Shown here piece by piece: positions 35,877 to 45,123 of a stretch of 64,000 nt of DNA. A model generated the notes under the pieces. It did no database searches, was not told the origin of the DNA, and saw only the letters and a list, made by a program, of their open reading frames with translations. A program made the position numbers and the translations under genes. This DNA comes from a virus, in IMG/VR virus record IMGVR_UViG_3300037851_000102, positions 32,001 to 96,000 of that record; one strand, 5' to 3'. Each line of letters begins with the position of its first letter. Positions within the stretch are counted from its first letter, which is position 1.

Positions 35877-37365
35877 TGAACACATCGAGAAGGGTCAAAA
35901 ATTAGAAAAGAAATCTCGAATTGAAGTCTATGAAGAGCAGATCGCAAAAGGCCTCTCGCACGATCCCTTCATGCCTCACGAAATGTCTTACGATTCGCCA
36001 TATTACAATCCATATCGATTGGTTCCTGGAGAGGGCTTTTTGCCGTATCCAGCGGAGTATTGGGAATCGCAGGGCAAAAACAAGGAAGACTATCGGCTGA
36101 CGAGCGAACTCTATCAGCGGATCGCGCCAGTGCAGAAGGCTCTTGATGGACTTTTTGGCCTTGGACGACTTCTTGAGAAAGATCTTGAGAAGGGCGGAGC
36201 CGTTCCAATTGGAACGATTCATACCTATGCTGACGGACAGCGTTATAAGAAAGTTCAAGAAGGAGTGTGGACTCCAGTCGCAGGCCTCGAAGACAAATCA
36301 CACGCGAAGTGGCTTCAGCATAAAGATCCGAAAGTTCGACAGAAGGCTTCGGGCATGATCGAAGAACACGCTGGTAAGGCTGATAAGGTCAAACAATTGA
36401 TCGAACAGCGCACACGCGAACAGAAGCATGGCGATGAGATCAAGCGACAAACGATGAAGGAAGCCATTGGGCACGTCCGAACGGCGATGTCCAAGCTCTA
36501 CGATGGCGATGTCCCTGAAGGCATGGAAGATCATTTTAAGAAGGTCGAAGATCAGGCTGGTATTCCGTCTGAACTCCAAAGAAAAATCGGTAAGCGTGGC
36601 AAAGGCCAAGGCCGTGAAATCAAGCTCTCAAAAGATGAGCTTCAGACTCTTTTGAAGTCTGGCAAGTACGCGCTCATCTCCGCTGGTCGAAATCCAGCGC
36701 ACGAAGAGGATGTAAAGCTCGGCGATGATAAGATTCAAGAGCGTTATGATTCTTTAAAGAATGAACTTGTTGAGGGCGGATACGCATTCTCGAATGTCAA
36801 AGGTCACTACGGCGGCCAAGAAGACAGCTTCCTTGTGATGGTTCACGAAGCAGACAAAGAGTATATCAAAAAGCTCGGCACCAAGTTTAATCAGGATTCG
36901 ATCATTTACTCTGAGAAGGGTAAACACGAAATGCACTTCACGACTGGCGAAAAAAAGGGCAAGCACCATAAAGGTGAAGGTCTTGATCCAAAGGCCGAAG
37001 GCGCAGAAGATTATTATTCTGAGGCCGAGACTGCGGATGGTGAGAAGGTGAAGTTCGCGCTCAATTTTGATTTTGCGAAAGAGTATGGTGAGGGTGGAGC
37101 GGAGAAGGTCGATCCTAAGAAGAACTTGAAAGAGATTGGCGACACGTTAAGCGGGTCGAAGAAGCATCATGTGACAGTGGACTTCACTCACGGCGGGCAG
37201 AAGTACAGTCACAAGTTTGAGAATGTATCTGCGACAACACATTCGGAAGCGACGGACAAGGTTCATGCGGCCTTGAGATCTAAACTTCCAGGTGCGCAGG
37301 TGTCGAGAGTGAAAGTTGAACAACAAAGATCGCCGAAGGGTGCAGAGGCACAGGGGGAAGTATGA
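35839..37365 (+). CDS. head-associated multidomain protein with a SAM-lyase-like domain
   Basis: Several K-[GA] sites in the N-terminal part; YALISAGR...GHYGGQEDSFLV...FNQDSII. Confidence 0.6.
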   Translation: MFNDLQKLASTLDEHIEKGQKLEKKSRIEVYEEQIAKGLSHDPFMPHEMSYDSPYYNPYRLVPGEGFLPYPAEYWESQGKNKEDYRLTSELYQRIAPVQKALDGLFGLGRLLEKDLEKGGAVPIGTIHTYADGQRYKKVQEGVWTPVAGLEDKSHAKWLQHKDPKVRQKASGMIEEHAGKADKVKQLIEQRTREQKHGDEIKRQTMKEAIGHVRTAMSKLYDGDVPEGMEDHFKKVEDQAGIPSELQRKIGKRGKGQGREIKLSKDELQTLLKSGKYALISAGRNPAHEEDVKLGDDKIQERYDSLKNELVEGGYAFSNVKGHYGGQEDSFLVMVHEADKEYIKKLGTKFNQDSIIYSEKGKHEMHFTTGEKKGKHHKGEGLDPKAEGAEDYYSEAETADGEKVKFALNFDFAKEYGEGGAEKVDPKKNLKEIGDTLSGSKKHHVTVDFTHGGQKYSHKFENVSATTHSEATDKVHAALRSKLPGAQVSRVKVEQQRSPKGAEAQGEV

Positions 37366-38759
37366 ATCAGTTAAAAAATCTTGGTATCACTATCGGTGAA
37401 AAGAGCCTTGTCGAGCAGACAGACTTTTCTATTCACACGACAACGCAGCAAACGCATCTTCAGCCGATTCGTAAAGGTCTCGGCACATCTGCATCTGATC
37501 GATTGAACGATCAGCTTAATAAGGGTGTGGCACTTGCAATGGGCAAGATGGAGTGGAAGGAGCCGCAATTAAAGCGCGATTCTCCTCACGCTCCTGAAGA
37601 GCGCGATGGATGGGAGAAGAAACAAATCGCCAACAGAATGAAGGCGGATAAAAGGTTCAAGGAGAGAACAAAGGATGATTACGAAGGCACACTTCGCAAT
37701 ACGCACGGTGAAGACTGGCATGATGATAACGATAAACAAGTTGAAGAGATGGTATCTTCAGCACACGAAGTTGATCGTGAGTTCGACGGTGAATCCCGTC
37801 CTGTACGCAGAAATCCTCGCGAATGGCAGCGCACAGGAGACGGAGAGAAAAACTACTCATACGAAGTGGAAGAAAAATCACTTTCACGCGAAGAACTCTT
37901 TCTCAAAGCAACGTCGTCGGATGGGTCAGATGAGAGCCCCGTAAAAAAGGGTCATCCATTCCCTAAAGTTGGAAGCAAAAAAGCCCCTCATCTTGAAAAA
38001 GATCCAGAGCAAACAAGAGAAGAGCGAGCAGAGAAAAAGCGTCTTATGGGTAAGGGCTGTGGAGTTAAGAAGGGCGCATTCAAAGAAATGGATATCGAAA
38101 ACGCTCTTGATTCTTTGGTTGAAATGGTGAGCGATCCTTATGCTGACAAGGCGGAAGAGCTTGCAAATCTTCATGAGAATTCAGAAGGAATCATCGAGCG
38201 TAGAGTTGAAAAATCTGCACCTATGAAGCGTTCTTTAAACAATCCGTTCTTAAAGGCCGTTGGGCCTGGTGGAATGGTTTTCGATTTTGGATATCGAACA
38301 GGCAATGCAATTGCAGATCGCGCATCTGATCTTTTGAATCAGCATGGTGATCCAGTTCAATCAAGCAACGCCAACTATCAGCGAAACTCTTATCAAGAGG
38401 CGATCACAGAATATGCCGTGAAGGGTGAGCAAAACTTTGAAGGCAAAATGTTCGGCAACATCGACAAGGGTTGGGACGAACAGCTTGGTAAATCGACAGA
38501 TCAACAGGTGAAAGAAGCCTACGAGAAAGGCTTGCTCGATAACACTGGCCCTGCGGTTATCAATAAGCATAACGAAACACAAATTCAAATGGGCGGAGAA
38601 GTTATCAAGGCGACATCTGAAACTGACGCCGCATTGATTAAGATGATGCTCGAAGAACAAGCGGCACAACGTCCAAACGAAGGCGGTGTTACAGTTGATG
38701 CTTCATTTGGTGGAGCGCAAACGGTGGCGATTGATACATCTGGCAACGTCTTAGAATAA
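37362..38759 (+). CDS. putative head core/internal protein
   Basis: Numerous K-[SAG] motifs; immediately upstream of the portal gene. Confidence 0.55.
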   Translation: MNQLKNLGITIGEKSLVEQTDFSIHTTTQQTHLQPIRKGLGTSASDRLNDQLNKGVALAMGKMEWKEPQLKRDSPHAPEERDGWEKKQIANRMKADKRFKERTKDDYEGTLRNTHGEDWHDDNDKQVEEMVSSAHEVDREFDGESRPVRRNPREWQRTGDGEKNYSYEVEEKSLSREELFLKATSSDGSDESPVKKGHPFPKVGSKKAPHLEKDPEQTREERAEKKRLMGKGCGVKKGAFKEMDIENALDSLVEMVSDPYADKAEELANLHENSEGIIERRVEKSAPMKRSLNNPFLKAVGPGGMVFDFGYRTGNAIADRASDLLNQHGDPVQSSNANYQRNSYQEAITEYAVKGEQNFEGKMFGNIDKGWDEQLGKSTDQQVKEAYEKGLLDNTGPAVINKHNETQIQMGGEVIKATSETDAALIKMMLEEQAAQRPNEGGVTVDASFGGAQTVAIDTSGNVLE

Positions 38760-38770
38760 GGAAGATTGAA

Positions 38771-40573
38771 ATGGGTTTGGTTAAAGATACGCTGTCAAAG
38801 GCGATTGATTTTTACAAAGAGGAGCTTGCGCCACTGCGCTCTGATCTCCTCAAGGCTGGTATTTTAAAGCCAGATCCAAGCGCGTATGATCCCAAGGCAT
38901 CACTCGTTGACCCTTGGTCGTATGCAAACACGGCCTATGGATATAAAGAGAAGTATTCGATTCTTGATTATCCGAAGTGCCGACAAATCACTTATGCAGA
39001 TCCAGTTGTGGCGGCGGTTCTTCAAACTCGCGTAAATCAAGTGGCAGCATTCGCTCAACCTCAGCGCGACAAGTACAAGATGGGTTTTAGAATCCGTCTT
39101 CGTGATACTGAGAAAGAGGCGAGCGACGCCGAACGTGATCGTGCAAAAGAAATTGAAATGTTCATGCTTAATGCTGGAGTTCCAGAGAATTTTGATGATA
39201 CTCCAGAGCTTCGTCGTCGAGACAACTTTGAAACTTTCTTGAGAAAGATCACACGCGACACTCTCACGTTCGATCAAGTGAACTTCGAGATCGTTCCAAG
39301 AGTTGACGGCAAGCCTTATGCGTTCCAAGCGATTGATGCGGCAACGATCAGAATCATTCCAGACAAAAAAGAAAACATCGAGCAATTCGGCGCACCGAAC
39401 GCGGGCGCAGGAAGAGTTTTCGTTCAATCGACTGGCACAGAAAGAGCGTTCAAAGAGTTCAGACCGAAGCATCCAAGATTCGCGCAAGTGATTCAGGGCA
39501 CAGTCAGACACGTCTTTGATGAGTGGGAGCTTGCGCATGGCATACGAAATCCTCGTACTGACATCGCAGCGTATGGTTATGGGTTCTCTGAGATTGAGAT
39601 GCTAATCACAACGATTACATCACACATGAATGCAGAGACCTACAACAGAAAGTTCTTCTCTCAGGGCTCTACAATCAAAGGTGTTATCACATTTGAAGGC
39701 TCAGTCCCGCCAGACCAACTCGAAGCGTTTCGTCGTCAATGGTATCAACAAGTGACAGGAGTGAATAACTCTTGGAGAACTCCAATCATGGCTCTTGGCA
39801 AAGAGAACAAGATGAATTGGACTTCTTTGCATTCTACAAACAGAGAGATGGAATTTGGTAAATGGCTTGAATACTGTATCAAGACAATTTGCGGTGTCTT
39901 CCAGATGGATCCAATCGAAATTGGATTCGACATTGCGAAGATGGGCGCAGGCCAGCAATCATCTTCAGGTGGACTCGGTAACGGCAATCAGGCAGAGCGT
40001 TTCGCATTCTCACAGGATAAGGGTCTTCGACCGCTTCTTGTTTTCTTGCAAACCATGATTAACGATTACATCGTTTATCGAATCGATCCAAACTATGAAT
40101 TCGAGTTCGTCGGCCTCAACGTAAACTCTGAGAAGGACGATCTCGACAAATCAATTCAACAGGTGAAGGCTTTTAAAACGATCAATGAAATTCGTTCAGA
40201 GCATGATCTTGATGAATTGAGCTTAGAAAAAATCAAAAAGAATCCAGGCGAACTGATTCTTGATTCGTCTTTCATTCAGTACATCACTGGTCAAATTCAA
40301 GCAGAGCAAGACCCAATGGGCGGCATGGGCGGTGGAGATCCATCGCAGATGGGCGCAGGCATGGGCGGAGATCAGGGCGGCGAAGGCGGAGAAGATCAAC
40401 AGGCTGAACCTGATTATGAGAACATGAGTCTTGAAGAGCTTCAGGCCGAGTACGACAAGCTGTCTGGCGGCGGAGATCAAGGTCAACAAGGTCAGCCACA
40501 ACAGGCGCAGAAGCCTCAACAGCAAGCACAGAAGAGCTTCAGAAAGTCCTTCTTTAAGGAGATCAAGCTATGA
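38771..40573 (+). CDS. portal protein
   Basis: RDTLTFDQVNFE, RNPRTD...GYG.SE.E, FFSQG, MEF.KWLEY, KGLRPLL resemble SPO1/Twort-type portals. Confidence 0.92.
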   Translation: MGLVKDTLSKAIDFYKEELAPLRSDLLKAGILKPDPSAYDPKASLVDPWSYANTAYGYKEKYSILDYPKCRQITYADPVVAAVLQTRVNQVAAFAQPQRDKYKMGFRIRLRDTEKEASDAERDRAKEIEMFMLNAGVPENFDDTPELRRRDNFETFLRKITRDTLTFDQVNFEIVPRVDGKPYAFQAIDAATIRIIPDKKENIEQFGAPNAGAGRVFVQSTGTERAFKEFRPKHPRFAQVIQGTVRHVFDEWELAHGIRNPRTDIAAYGYGFSEIEMLITTITSHMNAETYNRKFFSQGSTIKGVITFEGSVPPDQLEAFRRQWYQQVTGVNNSWRTPIMALGKENKMNWTSLHSTNREMEFGKWLEYCIKTICGVFQMDPIEIGFDIAKMGAGQQSSSGGLGNGNQAERFAFSQDKGLRPLLVFLQTMINDYIVYRIDPNYEFEFVGLNVNSEKDDLDKSIQQVKAFKTINEIRSEHDLDELSLEKIKKNPGELILDSSFIQYITGQIQAEQDPMGGMGGGDPSQMGAGMGGDQGGEGGEDQQAEPDYENMSLEELQAEYDKLSGGGDQGQQGQPQQAQKPQQQAQKSFRKSFFKEIKL

Positions 40574-40806
40574 AGATTCACATTGAGTCTTCATCGCAAG
40601 AAGAGTTCGATCAGAAGCGCGAAGATCTTATCAAGGCGATTGCTGGTTCAAAGCTCAAAGTAAAAATTGAGAAGAAGGGTCAAAGGCTTGCGACAGATGC
40701 GCGTGAGCCTTATTACGAATCTCAAAAGACCGTTCTTAATCATTGGGACAAGAAATTCAAAAAGATGATCTCTGACATCAAGGCGGACATCGATGAAATC
40801 ATTTAG
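40570..40806 (+). CDS. hypothetical protein
   Basis: 78 aa, translationally coupled. Confidence 0.65.
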   Translation: MKIHIESSSQEEFDQKREDLIKAIAGSKLKVKIEKKGQRLATDAREPYYESQKTVLNHWDKKFKKMISDIKADIDEII

Positions 40807-43800
40807 TTTCTTCATCGACATTGCCAAGGGTAAAGAGGTCGCTTCAATCGCCGTTATGGATGGCTCAAAGCTCTTAATGGGCAAGCGCAGAGATAACGGC
40901 AGATGGACTCTTCCAGGTGGGCACTTGGATGAGGGAGAAGATAAGCATGAGGCCGCGATTCGTGAATTGTACGAAGAGGCTGGCATCAAGGCTGAGAAGA
41001 AGGAATTGAAACTTCTTGGAACTAGAAAACTAAAAACATTCACAGGCAAAGATTATAAAATTCACGCATTCAGGATGGATGGTGCATCTATTAAGAGACT
41101 TTCTCATGGAACAAAAGATCCAGATGAAGAGATCGAGAAGTGGGAATGGATTGAAACAAAAGATGGCCTTCCAAAAGATGTCGCAGAGAATTTGCATTCG
41201 CCAAAGAATGTTGTGCTTCAGAAGATTGGTCTCCAGAAGTCTTTTGCGGATGATCTGAATTTTAATCTTCAGATTTGGAAGGGTGTTATGAATTTACAAA
41301 AAGCAGACCGCATTCACGGCGGATTGGCAGACAAAAAGAAGAGATCAAACTTTGATTCTAAACAGCTTGCGGCTGGCAAAAAAGTTGAGATGGAGCATAC
41401 GAATGATTCAAAAGTCGCAGAAGAAATTGCGATGGATCATTTGACCGAAGACCCAAAGTATTATGTGAAGTTGAAAAAGATCGAAAAAAGTGGAGAGGGC
41501 TCGCGTGGCGGCAAGATCATTGGGCACACGAAGTCTGGCAAGCCGATTTACCAATCTGGTTTTTCTCATGAGTCTGTGAAGCACTTTACAAAGCAAGATC
41601 ACAAAGATGCCAAGAAAAAGCACTATGAGGTCGGCGGCAATCATTATGAAAACTATGTGAACGAGCTTGAGGTCGCAAATGGTGAAGAAAGGTCTCCACA
41701 CCCTTCGGCTTATGAAAACGAAAAACTTGCGAATCATCATGCAGATCAGGCGATGGCTCATGATGAAGCCTCTAAAAAGATCGATAAGTCTTTCTTCATC
41801 ATGGATATGGTGAAGGCTCTTGGACACAAATACCTTCGCAAGTATCAGCGAAACGGCAAGTGGATTTACGTTTACCATGAGGGCGAAGGTCACGGCAGAC
41901 GTTTGAGCGAAGAGCATTTGGAACACATGAGTTGGCTCGCAGAGCATGGTGAAGGTAACGTCCGACAAAAGATGCGCGAACTTATAGAGAATGCCAAGGC
42001 TCACAATGAAGAGCATTTGGAGAATCTTCGTCACGTTGCTGACAAGCATGAAGATGAGAACGTGCGAAGACGCGCTCATGAGCATTTGAAAAAGTTTGGA
42101 ATTGATCGAGACATTGAGAAACTTGAAGATCAGGCTCACGCGGCGGCGAATGCAGATGACCTTAATAAGCAATTGGCTCCCGCAGATCAGCGAAAGTGGA
42201 TGGAAGAAATTAAGGGAATTCTGAATTCAAAGGTCTTTGGACATTTGGCTTCACACATGGATTCGCCGTGGTCTCAATCTGTTGTCAGAGCGAGAATCAC
42301 TCTTGAATCTGTGATGAGAGATGTTCAGACCAAGCAGAATCCAAAAGATATTTTGGATGCTCTTCATGCAGAAATGAAGAAGATCGATCAGGCGCAAGCT
42401 GGATCTCCGCCATCTGCGAACAGCGAAGTCAATCGAGTCGGCGGATACGGCTCAATGGCTTACAACGAAGTGATGAAAAAGCTCGAAGAGAAGGGGCTTG
42501 TTCCAACAAAGTATTCTCGCACACACAAGATGGAGCGTTCAGAAAGAACAGCGATGCCCAAGTTTAAAGAACATTTGGATCAGCTTTCTGAGCAAGAGCG
42601 CAGAGAGGCCGCAGAAAGAGCGGAGCGCGAAAGACGTGAGGCCGCAGAGAAGGCAGAGCGAGAAAGACGCGAAGCTGAGGCATTGGCTGTCGCACATAGG
42701 ACTCACGCTGAATCTGTTGAGAAGATGTCTAACTACTTCGGTGTCACTCTGAGCGACATTGAGAAGAGAAGGCTGTCTGGCAACATTGAGAAGTTCTTTG
42801 GATCAGATTTCAAATTCCAAAGAATGTTCGATCATCTCCAAGGGCATAAGGATGTTGAGATTAGAATCGGCGAAGGTTTCATGCAGGGACTTCAGCGCGG
42901 AAGCAATTCACTTTCTGTTGGATTCACGTTCCACGCTCCAGATGGACGAAAGATCACTTCTGCAAGCAGGACGATTACAAAGAATTCAGATGGATCTATT
43001 GATTGGCACAACGGAGTTTTTTCGCGAGCAGCGAATCAGGATTTAAAGAGATACGATGGAATGGCTTCGGGTCTTTATGGTGGAGTTGAAAACTTCCTTC
43101 GTGAGATCTCAAAGAACTGGACTGGATCGGCCAAGGAGAACACTCGCGTATCAATCGGAACTGCCGCAAACGGTGGATTCGGGGACTCTTATAAGGGCTC
43201 AAACGTATGGGCGAAGCACTACTTTGAATGGGAGAGCAATCGCAAATCTGGCTTTCAATCTCGTTGGAAGTCTAAGGCGAGCGAGATGATGGCTCGAATC
43301 GGTCGTGAATCAGAGCTTGCGGATTTCAATCGTCACATCGATGGTGCAGAATATCTGTATCAATTCTTGAGAACTCCAATCCAATTGACCAAGCAAGAGG
43401 CTGAACGCGCTCTTGGAAGATCTTTGGATTTTGACTTTAATCAGATCATTGAGAAAAAGGGCAAGATCGACATTGGCGATCTAATCATGACTTCGACTGG
43501 CGCAAGCTATGGCGGAGCAGTCGCCTACATCAATAAAACTTCAGGAAGACACGGGCACTTGAATGAGAAGCGCCGTCGAATGTACGATGCGGTTCTTCCA
43601 GAAAGTCGTTCGTTCCCAGCAAGACCTATGCGAAGTGCTGCGGATGCAGATCGGGCAGCAAGAACAGCACAACAAGAGGCGGATCGAAGAAGATCCGAAA
43701 CAGCTTCAAGACATGGAATTTCGGGTGGAGAAAGAGATCACGTTGACAGATACAATCGATACTGGACTCGCGGAGATGCAAATATCCGCTTGACCGAGAG

Positions 43801-43915
43801 CAGGCTGAGAACCATCGGGCGATGGACGCAAGGCCAAAGAGATTACTTCTTATCAACGGCACGATTGACTCCACAAGCGAAAGCAAGAATAAGAGCATTA
43901 GGGAGAGCGACATGA
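40793..43915 (+). CDS. large multidomain head-associated protein with an N-terminal Nudix hydrolase
   Basis: Complete Nudix box GGHLDEGEDKHEAAIRELYEEAGI; further modules separated by K-[SAG] sites. Confidence 0.8.
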   Translation: MKSFSFFIDIAKGKEVASIAVMDGSKLLMGKRRDNGRWTLPGGHLDEGEDKHEAAIRELYEEAGIKAEKKELKLLGTRKLKTFTGKDYKIHAFRMDGASIKRLSHGTKDPDEEIEKWEWIETKDGLPKDVAENLHSPKNVVLQKIGLQKSFADDLNFNLQIWKGVMNLQKADRIHGGLADKKKRSNFDSKQLAAGKKVEMEHTNDSKVAEEIAMDHLTEDPKYYVKLKKIEKSGEGSRGGKIIGHTKSGKPIYQSGFSHESVKHFTKQDHKDAKKKHYEVGGNHYENYVNELEVANGEERSPHPSAYENEKLANHHADQAMAHDEASKKIDKSFFIMDMVKALGHKYLRKYQRNGKWIYVYHEGEGHGRRLSEEHLEHMSWLAEHGEGNVRQKMRELIENAKAHNEEHLENLRHVADKHEDENVRRRAHEHLKKFGIDRDIEKLEDQAHAAANADDLNKQLAPADQRKWMEEIKGILNSKVFGHLASHMDSPWSQSVVRARITLESVMRDVQTKQNPKDILDALHAEMKKIDQAQAGSPPSANSEVNRVGGYGSMAYNEVMKKLEEKGLVPTKYSRTHKMERSERTAMPKFKEHLDQLSEQERREAAERAERERREAAEKAERERREAEALAVAHRTHAESVEKMSNYFGVTLSDIEKRRLSGNIEKFFGSDFKFQRMFDHLQGHKDVEIRIGEGFMQGLQRGSNSLSVGFTFHAPDGRKITSASRTITKNSDGSIDWHNGVFSRAANQDLKRYDGMASGLYGGVENFLREISKNWTGSAKENTRVSIGTAANGGFGDSYKGSNVWAKHYFEWESNRKSGFQSRWKSKASEMMARIGRESELADFNRHIDGAEYLYQFLRTPIQLTKQEAERALGRSLDFDFNQIIEKKGKIDIGDLIMTSTGASYGGAVAYINKTSGRHGHLNEKRRRMYDAVLPESRSFPARPMRSAADADRAARTAQQEADRRRSETASRHGISGGERDHVDRYNRYWTRGDANIRLTESRLRTIGRWTQGQRDYFLSTARLTPQAKARIRALGRAT

Positions 43916-44136
43916 TTGACGATCAAGGCGAACTGACTTTAGAAGACGACATCATTGAATATGTTGAAATGGCGAGAGACAGCAGGATCTCTGGCGACAC
44001 GTTTGTAAGAAACATGGTTCTTATCGTGGGCGGCAAAGATTGGGAAGAAGTGGCTCGCGATGTTTTGAAAGAGAAGCCTGAACTTTTAAAGGTTTTTGAG
44101 AGCTATGTTGACGAAGCGCCAACTCAAGCAAATTGA
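43912..44136 (+). CDS. hypothetical protein
   Basis: ATGA-coupled; acidic; 74 aa. Confidence 0.6.
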   Translation: MIDDQGELTLEDDIIEYVEMARDSRISGDTFVRNMVLIVGGKDWEEVARDVLKEKPELLKVFESYVDEAPTQAN

Positions 44137-45115
44137 GGAGATCATTCGTCGAAGATTCCTTGCGTTCACATACGAAGCCCTTGGTGAGAGGGCTTTATCA
44201 GAAGAAGAAATCGCCGAACTCAAAAGAATTGGACTTCTAAGAGGGTCTGTCAGATCGATGGTCGCCGATGGATATACCATTGGCAAAGTTGTATCTGCGC
44301 TTGAGCATGAAGATGCAAGGGCGATGGGTTTCGATGAGATTCTGGCAGCGGCCAAAAAGATTCCAACGACAGCGGTTGAGAAGCAGATGATCGAATGGTC
44401 GAGTTCTCACGCGGGCGAGTACATCAAGGGAATTTCTGACAGCATGGTGAAAGAGATTCGTGGAACAGCGGCAAGAGGAGCCCTTCAAGCTATCCGCGAA
44501 AAGGTCGAGGAAGGAATCAAAGATCGGCTGACTCCATCGCAATTAAAGACCGCTCTTTTCGATACTATCGACGACAAGGCAAGAGATTGGGGTCGAATCG
44601 CATCGACCGAACTCACAAATTCAATTCAAAATGGAATCGCTAACGAAATCAGAAGGATTCATGGATCCGAACAACTGGTCTATAAAAGGCCGAATCCAGA
44701 CGCTTGCAAATACTGTAAAGCCGCCTTTCTTGAGGATGATGGAATCACGCCAAAGGTGTTCAAGCTCTCGGACATGGAAGATCATAACTTTGGGAAGCGC
44801 GTGGCCGATTGGGAGCCAACAATCTCGGCGGTTCATCCGTGGTGTCAGTGCCAGCTTATGATGATTCCAGAGGGTTACGACTTTGTTCAAAAAAGGACTG
44901 TAAAGGCTCCTTTCGCGCACGATGGCAAGAACTATAAGCGTGGACAGGTCGTTGCCGATGAGGTGTTCGACGCGCTTTCAGAGGACAGCAAACAGAAGAC
45001 TAAGTTGGACGCAATACTTGAGTACACAGGGGAGACGGCAACGCCCTCAGTTAAAAAGAGTCTCGGCTCCGATATGGGGCATGAACACGGCGAAGACTGC
45101 ACCTGTGGATATTAG
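44105..45115 (+). CDS. MuF/SPP1 gp7-like minor head protein
   Basis: RDWGRIASTE, CKYC, HPWCQC. Confidence 0.8.
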   Translation: MLTKRQLKQIEEIIRRRFLAFTYEALGERALSEEEIAELKRIGLLRGSVRSMVADGYTIGKVVSALEHEDARAMGFDEILAAAKKIPTTAVEKQMIEWSSSHAGEYIKGISDSMVKEIRGTAARGALQAIREKVEEGIKDRLTPSQLKTALFDTIDDKARDWGRIASTELTNSIQNGIANEIRRIHGSEQLVYKRPNPDACKYCKAAFLEDDGITPKVFKLSDMEDHNFGKRVADWEPTISAVHPWCQCQLMMIPEGYDFVQKRTVKAPFAHDGKNYKRGQVVADEVFDALSEDSKQKTKLDAILEYTGETATPSVKKSLGSDMGHEHGEDCTCGY

Positions 45116-45123
45116 GAGAGAAT

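Noticed and set aside
41408-42172. Long minus-strand ORFs (also 38900..39538, 48993..49667, 54507..55169)
   Set aside because: They are antisense shadows of well-supported plus-strand genes and show no recognisable motifs, unlike the HNH at 33498.
42590-42680. AERAERERRE tandem repeat, and the AKAKAAA repeat in the SSB gene
   Set aside because: Ordinary low-complexity helical linkers.
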